Positions 42,780-52,821 of a stretch of 64,000 nucleotides of DNA are shown piece by piece. The notes below the pieces were generated by a model. That model ran no database searches. It was given only the letters and a program-made list of their open reading frames with translations, and had not been told where the DNA came from. This DNA comes from Candidatus Poribacteria bacterium. GTDB taxonomy: Bacteria > Poribacteria > WGA-4E > PCPOR2b. The stretch's first letter is position 1, and the number at the start of each line of letters is the position of its first letter. The position numbers and the translations under genes are program-made. The stretch lies in contig OZ244587.1 of the NCBI GenBank assembly GCA_965218095.1, positions 3,808,001-3,872,000 on the forward strand. Direction: 5' to 3'.

Positions 42780-43870
42780 TAGGACTTACGCAAGAGTCAT
42801 TGGAATAGAAGGTGAAAGCAGTTGCTGACGCAGATAATCGTCAAGCAGTGACTCCTTGAGTTGGTAAATCATCTTGCCGGTCTGACGGGCGAGACGATTG
42901 AGTTTGACCCGGACTCACATCGAACACCCAATATGATTTCTCACCCCCCTCTGTTTGCGACACTGGCAGCGTTGAAGACCGGTGACCTGTTTGGCTTGTC
43001 GGTGAAATTGCTCAATCTTCCAACGAGTCGTCGAATCTTGAGTGAGGTTGTTGGTCACGACATATTCCGTGCGCTCGGTGGAGCGCACAAACTTCACTCG
43101 ATGACCTTTGGGGAAATTCTTCAGGTGGATGGATTTTCCATGGGTCTGTTGGGTTTCACTCCAGTTGAGTTGGTCAATTCTTTGGTGTGGGTGTTTGCCA
43201 TCCGAATCGTCAACACGACGGTTGCTCTTTAGCGGACAATAGTAGACCTTTTCAAGCCGTTGAATGTAAACAAGCACTTGACGGGAGGCATACCAACTGT
43301 CAACTAAAACGGTTGTAAAGGGAAGGTTTTTGTCAAAACTCGCATTGCGCAACATCTCAAGTTGCTTTGAATCCCGATCTTATCGGGGTAGATGGTCAAT
43401 TTTACTTTTGCTATCGCGGTCGGGGTCATAGATACGATAATCAACAATCCAGAACGCATTCACATCTAGGTTAACATATATCATCGTGACTCTGCCGATA
43501 CCCCGGATAACTCGCTTGGCATTACCACTCCCTTGCCGACGAGAAGGTTCGATTTTCGACGAATAGTTCTTATCAGCGGCGGTATCGTCAAACAACAGAT
43601 AACCGTTATCCGAAAAGCGGATGTCGTCTTTGACGTTTTCCCAGACTTCTCTGGGGGTAATTCTCTCGTTTCTCAGGTAGCGGTTGATTTGGTCATGACT
43701 CCACTTTTGGGTGTGGTTAGCAAAGTAAGTCTGTGTGTAATTGATGTGGCTGACCAACAAGAACTGGCAATAATCCAATTGAAGGTTAGGCTGGTTTCCA
43801 GTGAATGTTATCATAAGGTCATATTATGAGGTCATATTATGCCATAATTGGCTGGGTTGCGTAAGGCCTA
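42780..43870 (-). mobile_element. IS701-family element, degraded
   Basis: IRs TAGGACTTACGCAA / TTGCGTAAGGCCTA with an AGTT direct repeat. Transposase pieces 43380..43814 and 42915..43355 (YCQFLL, LFDDT, VDSWYA, RWKIEQFHR). Confidence 0.88.
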
Positions 43871-43929
43871 AGTTTTATGAACTGAGATTAATAGCTGCAA
43901 AAGGGGCATCAGTGCTATGGATTCGGTGT

Positions 43930-44447
43930 TTATAGTGTAATATCCAACCTGTGGGTGTAGAGTTCGATACCCATCCCTTCCGCCAATTCAACAGCATTTG
44001 GATCAACAAACGGAGAGATGAACAATCTTCGATCCACCTTCACCCCTTCTGCCTGTTCAAAAAACGCAATCTTCCTTTGAAAAAGGGAAAGATCGCCACG
44101 ACTGATTGATGACTTGATTTCAATTGCAATGACCAAACTGTTCCGAATGATTACATCCATTTCAACCTGATCCGGATGTCCATAAACCAATCCAGCATCA
44201 TCATAACTCCGACACCTTTCAACCCGGAAACCAAGTTCATCGGTCAGAATCGCAGCGATCCCATTTCGGAATGCTTCTTCAGACATCAGTCCCCATCGCA
44301 CTCCAAGCCCTTGAACGGCATGTTCAAATCGCCTTAACGCATCACCTACATCGGGATTTTGGCTGATTAAGCGTGGAAATTCATTGGCGATTAATCGACG
44401 GATATCTTTTCAGCTAGTGGCGCGGTTTTTTCATTTGTCATATCCAT
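43930..44447 (-). pseudogene. DUF3782/DUF1626-like PD-(D/E)XK nuclease-domain gene, frameshifted at the 5' end
   Basis: RWGLMSEEAFRNG...GHPDQVEMDVII...IEIKSSIS...ISPFVD. Confidence 0.65.
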
Positions 44448-44462
44448 ACTCACTTGATTTTC

Positions 44463-45989
44463 TCAAACCGGCAACGTAATAATAAACGTGACGCCCTGAG
44501 ATTGTGTTACATCAACTTCAATGGCGCCGCCGTGCTCCTCAATGATTTGTTGGCTAATTGCAAGTCCAAGCCCTGTCCCTTTCTGCTTCGTGGTATAGAA
44601 CGGATCAAACAGGCGTGACGCGACATCTGGCGGTATACCGCGTCCGGTATCCCGAACACGAAGTTGAACCGTTCGATTCTCGGAATTATGCTGTGTTTGA
44701 ATCGTCAAGATGCCACCGGCTTCCATTGATTCAACCGCGTTGCGAAAGAGGTTCAACAACACTTGCGTCATTCCATCCGCATTTACGGCAACCGGCGGGC
44801 AATCATCGTCCAGAACCTGTTCAACGCGGATGTCGTTTTGATCTAACTCCGTTTGGCAGATCGAGAGGCTATTGTCAATCAAGTACTCAATGGTGTTCGG
44901 CTTGACACCAGCGGTACGTGGGTTGCCGGACACAAGCAACTGCTCAACAACACCGTTCAGCCGGTCCACCTCTTTAATAATCACCTGGATATATTCTTGG
45001 ATCTCTGAATTCGATGCGCTTTCAAGCAGGAGAAGTTGCGCAGCTCCACGAATCCCTCCAAGCGGGTTTCTCACCTCGTGGGCAACTGTGGTGGTGAGTT
45101 TGCCGAGTGTTGCGAGGCGTTCGGATTGTACGAGCGCATCGATTATCTGCTGAATTTTGACACGCTGTGCCACAATCGCAGCGATAATCGTCAAGACACG
45201 AATATCATCTTCAATGGAAAACTCGTCCGATGCCTTATCAACGGTCAGTGTTCCGATTGCCTTTTCATCAACAATCACAGGAACACACCAGAAAGCTATC
45301 GGATCTTTAGACTGAACCGACTTCGCATCTGGAAACTCTATCTTCGGAAGGGGCGTGCGCGTGTGTGGCACACCAATTGGCTGGCCAGACTCCAGGACCC
45401 TTTGCTGAATCTCATCAATTTGACTATCCGTTCCGCGCCTGAGCTCTGCCTCTGTCAACCCGAAAATAGCCTCAACAGTTTTGACCTGCTCACCATCTTT
45501 CCAGATCCGCAAGGCACCGCGGTATACCCCCATCCGATCCGCGAGGGTTTTGATAATCCTTTGGAAGAGTTCGTCCAACTCCAGCGCAGTGTTTGCTGAG
45601 TCACTGATTTCAAAAAGGGTAGACAGATCACGCACCCGTTGCTCAAGATCTATGTTGGCTTGATCGATTTGCTGAAGCTGTGCTTCAGTGGTAATGCGTT
45701 GCGCTTTGAAAAGTCGGATGGTACGCACGATGAAAAACGCAATGAAGGGATATAAGGTTGCAACCACAGCAAGATGGAACTGCTCATAATAGAAGAAGAC
45801 GTAAATCCAATTTGCTAATGTCGTGAGCACAAGTAATACGCGCTGTCCACAATGCCCATCGTATATTCCCGCGAGGATCATCACTCCGTAGTAAAGATGC
45901 GTGGCGACATCGTAGTTTTGTGGGTTCTGAGAACCGTAGATGAAAAGGTTGATGAGTAAGACGAGGAATACAAGGGGAATTGTTGGCAT
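44463..45989 (-). CDS. Membrane sensor histidine kinase with a NifA-like GAF domain and NtrB-like kinase core
   Basis: N-terminal TMs, GAF (FWCVPVIVDEKAIGTLTVD), H-box VAHEVRNPLGGIRGAAQLL, QVLLNL.RNA, DTGRG, GTGLGL. Confidence 0.92.
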   Translation of the reverse strand: MPTIPLVFLVLLINLFIYGSQNPQNYDVATHLYYGVMILAGIYDGHCGQRVLLVLTTLANWIYVFFYYEQFHLAVVATLYPFIAFFIVRTIRLFKAQRITTEAQLQQIDQANIDLEQRVRDLSTLFEISDSANTALELDELFQRIIKTLADRMGVYRGALRIWKDGEQVKTVEAIFGLTEAELRRGTDSQIDEIQQRVLESGQPIGVPHTRTPLPKIEFPDAKSVQSKDPIAFWCVPVIVDEKAIGTLTVDKASDEFSIEDDIRVLTIIAAIVAQRVKIQQIIDALVQSERLATLGKLTTTVAHEVRNPLGGIRGAAQLLLLESASNSEIQEYIQVIIKEVDRLNGVVEQLLVSGNPRTAGVKPNTIEYLIDNSLSICQTELDQNDIRVEQVLDDDCPPVAVNADGMTQVLLNLFRNAVESMEAGGILTIQTQHNSENRTVQLRVRDTGRGIPPDVASRLFDPFYTTKQKGTGLGLAISQQIIEEHGGAIEVDVTQSQGVTFIITLPV

Positions 45990-46134
45990 GACTAATACAC
46001 TTTTTCACAATTCATGTACATTTTAGCCAAGCTGCTATTCGGCTCAAAAGTTCATTAGTTCAAGAGTTCAGTAATTCAATGAACCAATGAACGCCTAAAC
46101 CAATTGACCTATGCACGACATTCATGAAGGGACC

Positions 46135-46743
46135 TTACTGTCTATCACGCAAGAAATTATCAAGCATCTTGAGTCCGATCCGACCGCTTTTCTCCAAATG
46201 GAATTGCGTGGCGATCAGGTTCTGATGGGCAACGACGCTGGAAAATTCGACACCGTAGGTGGTTTTACCGGCGATGTATGAATCGTCCTGCGGGATCGGG
46301 TAGTACGAGTTGACGAAATAGAAATGTGCGGGATTGGGGACCTCTTGAAAAATTGGGTGCGACTGCGTCTGATGCACCTCATTCCAGCCAATCTGCGGCA
46401 CTTTCAGCGTCGGTGTCGCCTCAAACTTTTTGACAACGCCGGGTAGGAGGCCGAGGCAATCGGTATCCTCTTCTGCGCTGTGCTCAAACAAAATCTGGAT
46501 ACCGATACAGATGCCCAACATCGGCTTGCCCGACTTGTAAAACGTCGTCAAGACCTCCGCAAGTCCGTCGACGTTCAGGTTATCCATCGTCGCCCGCGCC
46601 GCACCGACGCCGGGGAAGATCGCCTTCTCCGCACCCAAAATGGTCTGGGCATCGGCGGTAATTTTTCCATCGTAACCTAAGTATTTGACGGCGCGTTCAA
46701 CGCTGGTTAAGTTGCCCGCGCCGTAGTCGATGATGGCAATCAT
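46135..46743 (-). CDS. hisH: Imidazole glycerol phosphate synthase glutaminase subunit
   Basis: Motifs IIDYGAGNL.SV, FPGVG, LGICIG.Q, VPQIGWN, TQFH.EKSG. Confidence 0.95.
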   Translation of the reverse strand: MIAIIDYGAGNLTSVERAVKYLGYDGKITADAQTILGAEKAIFPGVGAARATMDNLNVDGLAEVLTTFYKSGKPMLGICIGIQILFEHSAEEDTDCLGLLPGVVKKFEATPTLKVPQIGWNEVHQTQSHPIFQEVPNPAHFYFVNSYYPIPQDDSYIAGKTTYGVEFSSVVAHQNLIATQFHLEKSGRIGLKMLDNFLRDRQ

Positions 46744-46750
46744 TGGAGAC

Positions 46751-47605
46751 TCATGTTGATAAAAGACTCGTTTGAAAAATTAAGAAACTACCGTTGAAAT
46801 GATGTTGAAGGGTAAAAATTTCCATCTGTGAAAATAGGTTTGAGACGTTCATTTGCTCAAATGCGACCTGCATTCTATTGATATGCAGTTTCTGATCTGC
46901 CCCGCTGTGACAGGGAACGGCAAAGTTCAGCGTATTCTCATCGATTTGGGGATATTGATTTTGATTTAGGAGATTTCCTCCCGCTTTAACCTCAGTCATC
47001 ACGCGGAAACGTAGCCGAACCGATGCGTTTTCGACGCTTCTTGTCTTGCTGAAGGTTTGTTGCTCGCTGAACAGATCCAACAGTTTCTGTTTCATTGAAT
47101 CCGACAACGATGCCCCCAGTTCATTAAGCCGTTCTTCCAGAGCTTGCCCAAATGACTCAGAAATCAACGTTGAAACAGGAATTGTCTCAAAGAACTTTCC
47201 GTGAGCTAGGCAGATTTTCACGCTTGGGTTCTTTCTGCCACGAATCAAGTAAAATACTTGCCGAATAGGTAAGGAAAGAATATTATTACCTGCTTCTTGC
47301 ATCTGTGTCCGAATGATGTTCTCTGTTCCTTCGATCAACTTCTGGACATCTTTTTCACCTGTCGGAATCGTCGAGTTGAAAGAGGCGACTGAATAGGTTT
47401 TGCTATCCTTCAGTTCGATCAGCTCTCCGCTGCTGAACATTAAGTTATTGTGATTGAGTTTGATAGCCAGATCAGGGAACCGTCCTTTGTTGATACATGC
47501 GAGCATCCCGTCATTAAAAGGAAAAGTATCAAGCGCATCCACCGACGTAAGTTTCGTTTTTTTTAGACATAGGTCAGCGAAGAAGTGATAGATTGAGTAA
47601 GCCAT
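46751..47605 (-). CDS. Putative type II restriction endonuclease (PD-(D/E)XK)
   Basis: FPDLAIK...ELIELKDSK...FNSTIP. Starts immediately after the methyltransferase stop. Confidence 0.6.
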   Translation of the reverse strand: MAYSIYHFFADLCLKKTKLTSVDALDTFPFNDGMLACINKGRFPDLAIKLNHNNLMFSSGELIELKDSKTYSVASFNSTIPTGEKDVQKLIEGTENIIRTQMQEAGNNILSLPIRQVFYLIRGRKNPSVKICLAHGKFFETIPVSTLISESFGQALEERLNELGASLSDSMKQKLLDLFSEQQTFSKTRSVENASVRLRFRVMTEVKAGGNLLNQNQYPQIDENTLNFAVPCHSGADQKLHINRMQVAFEQMNVSNLFSQMEIFTLQHHFNGSFLIFQTSLLST

Positions 47606-48496
47606 CTATTGATTTGACTCAAAAAGTGCCATCTGTTTGGAAACAGATCTCGATTCTTTTTTTCGCACGTTTGTCCCCCAAATGGCTTCCAAGTCTGGGG
47701 TACATTCGTACTCTTTGAATAAACTGGAAATATCATCCGCATTCTTTTGTTCAGCAAGTCTTTTTCGGATGAGTTCGACGTTGACCGCATCCAGTTCAAT
47801 ACCGATCGGTTCTCGTCCCAATTGTTCTGCAACGACCAGTGTTGTGCCTGAGCCCGCAAACGGGTCCAATACAACATCACCGGCATTTGTCGAAGAGAGA
47901 ATAATCCGAAGAAGAAGTTGAATCGGTGCCTGTTGCTTGTGCAAGCGATTCCCCGCCGCATCGCGTAAGGCTTCATCTCCGGCAAAATAACCTGATGTCA
48001 ACTCCCGAATATCGTCCCACACGTCGGTGACGAACACCCCGTTTTTTCGCTCGTATTTGTAGCCTGTAGGGAGTGGCGGATCGATTCGCAGGCGGTGAAA
48101 TACCCGCGGGCGCCCCGCTTTTGTCGCAAAAGCGATGAGCTGGTAGTGCTTGCCAAAGCGTGTCATACCGGGGACAGCGGACGTTTTCTTTTTCCAAATG
48201 ACTAGGTTCTGAAATGTCCACCCAGATTCCCGCAGACACCGCAGAACGGCTTCAGCGTTCTTCTCGCGCTGCATAAAATAGATTGCCCCCCCCGGAGATG
48301 TCCGGTCATAAATCTTCCCACATACATCGCCCATCCACTTCCAATACCGCGCTTCTGGCAAGTTATCATCCCACTTGTTGTAACTCTTATCTTGATTGAA
48401 GGGCGGGTCTAAAAAGGTGAGGTCAGCGTGCTCAAAAGCGGTGTTCTGTTGGTCTAACAGCGAAACGCAATCTCCATGCAGCACAGTTGCTTTCAT
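47606..48496 (-). CDS. Site-specific DNA methyltransferase (beta class, DPPF; probably m6A)
   Basis: FLDPPFN, DVWDDI, HKQQAP, VLDPFAGSGTT, GIELD. Confidence 0.9.
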   Translation of the reverse strand: MKATVLHGDCVSLLDQQNTAFEHADLTFLDPPFNQDKSYNKWDDNLPEARYWKWMGDVCGKIYDRTSPGGAIYFMQREKNAEAVLRCLRESGWTFQNLVIWKKKTSAVPGMTRFGKHYQLIAFATKAGRPRVFHRLRIDPPLPTGYKYERKNGVFVTDVWDDIRELTSGYFAGDEALRDAAGNRLHKQQAPIQLLLRIILSSTNAGDVVLDPFAGSGTTLVVAEQLGREPIGIELDAVNVELIRKRLAEQKNADDISSLFKEYECTPDLEAIWGTNVRKKESRSVSKQMALFESNQ

Positions 48497-48497
48497 G

Positions 48498-48885
48498 TTA
48501 TTCCTCGTTGTCCGAAGTTTGACGAAACTGTTCGACTGCATAATCTATATATTTTTGTTGCGTTTCAATTCCGACATGCGCTCTACCCAGTTTTTCTGCC
48601 GCACAATTTGTCTGCCCACTTCCCGCAAAAATGTCAATCACCGAATCCCCCTTATACGAATAAAATTGGATGACCCGTTCGGCGAGTTCTAACGGCAATG
48701 GACACGGATGCAAATTCTCCTGTGGGGCTAATGGACGGATTTTCCAGACGTTTTTACTCTGCTCGCCCTGGTAATCGTACAAATCGATCTTGTTATTTTC
48801 TTTCTCCTCACTACTTCTGTTTCAGTAGATGTTGTTTTGACTTTTCTTATCCGCCGGTTTCTGGAAGACAAAAATATATTCAGCA
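48498..48885 (-). pseudogene. C-terminal half of a second beta-class DNA methyltransferase, truncated by IS insertion
   Basis: EYIFVFQKP...NVWKI.P...HPCPLPLELAERVIQFYSYKGDSVIDIFAGSGQT, with an internal stop. The N-terminus is replaced by IS701/IS3 sequence. Confidence 0.8.
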
Positions 48886-48910
48886 ACTAAGCTAGGATAG
48901 TAGTATCCGG

Positions 48911-50168
48911 TAAAGTGGACCCATTGTCCAGTCCAAAATAATGGATAAATAAGTAAGATGATTGAGAGTCACCGACACTGCTTTAGCCGAGATACACCTC
49001 AGCCGGCGTCGCATAATCGAGACTCCGGTGAGGTCGCTTCTCATTATAGAAACGCATATAATGAGTTAATTCATCAAAAAGGGCTTGTCCCGTCGGGTAC
49101 AGTTTCTGGTAAACATCTTCATACTTGACCGAACGCCAAAACCGCTCGATGTAAATGTTGTCAATGGCTCGACCCACGCTATCGATACTCATAGCAATGC
49201 CAGCGGCTTCGATAGTATCGGTGAAAGCATTCGCCGTAAACTGGATGCCTTGGTCGGTATTGAAGATTGCAAGGGTTGCCCCACATAATGCTTGATGCAA
49301 GGCGTCGAGACAGAACTGACCCGCTAAACTATTGGATAACTCCCAAGTGATGACGTAACGACTATACCAGTCGAGTATCGCAACCCAATACATAAACCCT
49401 TTATTCATCGGGATATATGTAATGTCAGCCGACCAGACTTGATTGGAGGCTGTCACCTCATAGTCACGTAATAGGTATGGATAAATCCGATGCTCGCTGT
49501 TAATGGGTGAGAGCTTGGGTTTGGGATAAATTGCTTCTATGCCCATCAAACGCATGAGTCGCCTGATGCGTTTGCGATTCACACGGTAGCCAAGACGCTT
49601 CAGATGCGCTGTCATTCGGCGACTCCCATAGAAAGGTGTTTCCATATACTGCTCATCTATTTGCCGCATCAGATGCAGATTGTCTTCCGACTCTGCAGCG
49701 GGTGGGTAGTAGAGCGTTGACCGAGAGACCGCCAGCAACTGACACTGACGACGCATACTCAGTTTGGGGTGGTCAGGTTCAACGAGTGCCCGTCTCTGTT
49801 CAGCGGCTTGAGGCAGCTTTTTTTTTCAACCAATCGAGTTCCATATTCAACCGCCCCATTTGCTCATACAGATTCGACTCTCTGTCATTTTGCTCGCGTT
49901 GTTGCTTACTCAGACTGGAAGCGCAAATATCGCTCCCATGTTCAAGCAACTGTTTCTTCCACTGGCTGATTTGGCTTGGGTGCAACTGGTGGTCGCTTGC
50001 CAGTTGGTTGATACTCTTGTCTGACTTGATGGCTTTAAGTGCAATTTGAAACTTGAATTTGGCAGTATGCCGAATCCGCTTTGTTGACATATTTAATCCT
50101 CCATTTACGGGGGTGAGTTAGACCTAATTTCTTACTTAACTCCTGGACCGAATATAGGGGACCATTAT
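48911..50168 (-). mobile_element. IS3-family element (orfA 49800..50090, orfB 48983..49756)
   Basis: orfA KFKFQIAL...QISQWKKQ, an A-run frameshift window near 49820, orfB WSADITYI, NTDQG.QFT, ERFWRSVKYE. Ends are approximate. Confidence 0.92.
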
Positions 50169-50500
50169 AGTAAAGCGGTTGAGCCAGATAGGCACAAACC
50201 GCTTCTCTGATAAGCGAGACTTTCGCTTCAAACCAACTGACGCCGGTCGAGAAACAGTCCCGCTCAAGTCGTAGAAACGCTCGCAATGCCAGTCTAATAT
50301 GATTGCGTTGCGCAACTCCCTTGCGAACCATGCACCTCTCAACACCGACAAATTGCTTGATGCCTCAATGAGATTCTTCAATCGTCCAAGACAGTTCGTC
50401 ATACTTGAGTCGAAACAGTTCATTCATCAACAGGTCGCTCGTTGCCCAGTATTCATAGCCTTTATTATAACCTATTTTCTGTCCAAGTGCGTAACTCCTA
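50169..50500 (-). mobile_element. IS701-family remnant into which the IS3 inserted
   Basis: AQRNHIRLALRAFLRLE...SWFEAK..LIREAV.AYL, and a TGCGTAACTCCTA end resembling the IS701 IR at 42780. Confidence 0.65.
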
Positions 50501-50678
50501 ATCTGCTAACCTTGCGAAGGTTCCAAACCTTCGCAAGGTTAAATTTCGAGATTATTGACTTTTGGCTTTGGCAAATTAACAAGAGTTCATCGGCAGATCC
50601 ACCGGTGGCTCCGGTCCGAGATCGAGAGTCTTCGACTTGTTCCCCCGGGCCCCAATGCTTCAGGCGCAGACACTTTTG

Positions 50679-50776
50679 CTCCGTTAGGAGCAGCATGTTT
50701 GTAGAAACCCCTGCTACGTCAGTCTCCAAGCGCCGTAGGCGCGGCATGTTTTTTCATGGCGCCCCGATGGGACTTT
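50679..50776. repeat. REP-like cluster (CTCCGTTAGGAG...AGCGCCGTAGGCGC...GCCCCGATGGG)
   Basis: Three short related hairpins in non-coding sequence. Confidence 0.5.
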
Positions 50777-50802
50777 CTGAACCATGAGCGCCGTGATTAC
50801 TA

Positions 50803-51639
50803 GGTTCTGTTGACATTTCAAGGGAGCCATATAAGAGTGGCGACAAAGCTGAGAAATCCAAAATAACGGACAGCTAGCTTCTCAAACCGAGAGAAGATAC
50901 GACGATACCATTTTATCTTGTTGATGAAACATTCAACCCGATGTCTCTCTTTGTATTAAGTGTTTGTCATACGTTCTTTGGTCAACACGATGACTTTTGG
51001 GCGGTATCACCGCAATCGCTCCATTCGCCTCAATAACAGCGATAAAAGCGTCCGAATCGTACCCCTTGTCTCCAATCACATATTCACTGTTATATCCGAT
51101 TATCAACCCTTCCGCCTCAGTTATGTCATGTCTCTGACCGGGTGTCAGATGAATTCTTAGGGGATTGCCTAGTCCGTCAACTGTGATGTGAATTTTTGTA
51201 CTGAAACCGCCCCGAGACCGACCTAATGCTTGGTTTTCAGTGCCACCCTTTTTTTTAAGGCGCCAGCTTTTTAAGGCGCCCGCCGCACACGGGTGAGCGC
51301 GGCAGATGGTACTGTCAACAATAAGCGACTCGATATCGGGGTCAGAGGCGAAGTGGGGGTGCATCTGTGTGAAGATACCTTTGTCGCACCATCGAGCAAA
51401 CCGCTTGTAGCGGGTGTTCCATTTGCCATAGGTGTCTGGTAGAAGTCTCCATTGAGCGCCGCTACGAGTCACCCACAGAACTGCTTCGACGAAGCGGCGT
51501 GTAGCAGCTTCGTCGCCAACATAGATGGTGGGACAGCTAAGAAGAAACCGGTATATCTTATTCCATTGTTCATCAGGTAAGGTTATTGGCGTCATTCTTC
51601 TATTATGCCACAACCTTATACTCAAATGTCAACAGAACC
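50803..51639 (-). mobile_element. IS5-family element with in-frame fused transposase, frameshifted near the C-terminus
   Basis: Perfect IRs GGTTCTGTTGACATTT and TA duplication at CTAG. A 16-bp duplication at the frameshift site. It interrupts the AAA ATPase gene. Confidence 0.92.
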
Positions 51640-51641
51640 TA

Positions 51642-52748
51642 GTAGGACCTGACCGTCATACACCGATGAAAGCGATTGAAAAACTGCTTCGATAGCGCGA
51701 GGATGTACCCCGTTCTCTACTTCCTCGATTAAATATACCTCCTGATGGTGCGGTAAGTACGCCAGCAGGGTGAGGGCTAGTAAACGTAGCGTGCCATCAG
51801 ACACCAACCATGAAGGGATAGGATGTTCTAATTTTGAATAACATAACGTACAGCGAGATAGAGATGGCGGTCTTCTGGGCATTCAATGACATCAATCGTT
51901 TGCAGATCCGGCAATACGGTGCGGAGGTGTTCCAACCAGTCTTTGAAATCCTCCTCATGGTGGTTACGAAAATCCCTAACAACAAGTGGAAGATTTGAAC
52001 CGTCCATGCGAAATGCGCGCGGGACGGAAGGACTCGAAGGGCGACGCATAGCAGTGCTGTTAAGTGCCAATACGTGGATACCCTCCATAAGTACATTCCG
52101 TACCCACAAGGCAACAGGAAAACGCTTTTCATCTTGGAACAAGTTAGTCAGTGCAGCTCTGCGGGGACCAATTCGGAGGGGACTGCTCCACCTTCCAATT
52201 TCTGAATTGAAATAATCATTACCGCTCTCTGTCTTGCTGACGACCTTATGCCCCCCTTTCCGGGCACGCTTTGCCAACAAGCTTGCCGGTGGGATTGGTT
52301 CGTTAGGAAAAAGTGAGGGTTGCGGGTTAGTAAGTGACTGCTGCCTTGGACAGAGCCATAGAGTTTCGTTGGTAATTATTAATTTGTCGTTCCTCTGATT
52401 TTTTCCAATTGCAACCTCGTATCGCGCAATTCGATAACGACCGTTCCCTGCAGATTTGCGCAATTCGTCGGGAATCTCCAACTCAACTGCCAATTCAAAC
52501 TGGTCCGCTATCTGATTGAAGATAAGTTCATCCACACTCCTAGCTCTTCCGACTGATTCAATCGGGTCTTCACGCGCAAGGATGGCATCATCGAGCCCTT
52601 TTGTGAGGAGATCGCGAATTAGCCCCACGACATCAAGAAAAGTACTTTTCCCCGATGCGTTCGGACCTACAAGTACGTGGAAATGTTGCAATGGCTGACT
52701 GACGTAGCGCAGGCAACGGTAGTTCAAGGCTTCAATGTGTCGAATCAT
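51642..52748 (-). pseudogene. AAA_21/ABC-type ATPase of defence type (resembles MADS MAD3-like ATPases), frameshifted and IS-truncated
   Basis: MIRHIEALNYRCLRY...VLVGPNASGKSTFLD, DGSNLP, then another frame with VSDGTLRLLAL...LIEEVENGVHP. Confidence 0.7.
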
Positions 52749-52821
52749 CTTTGTTCGTCTCCTTATTAAATCCACAGATCGGCTGACATCGTACCACATT
52801 TCACGTTTGGCGCACTACTCC

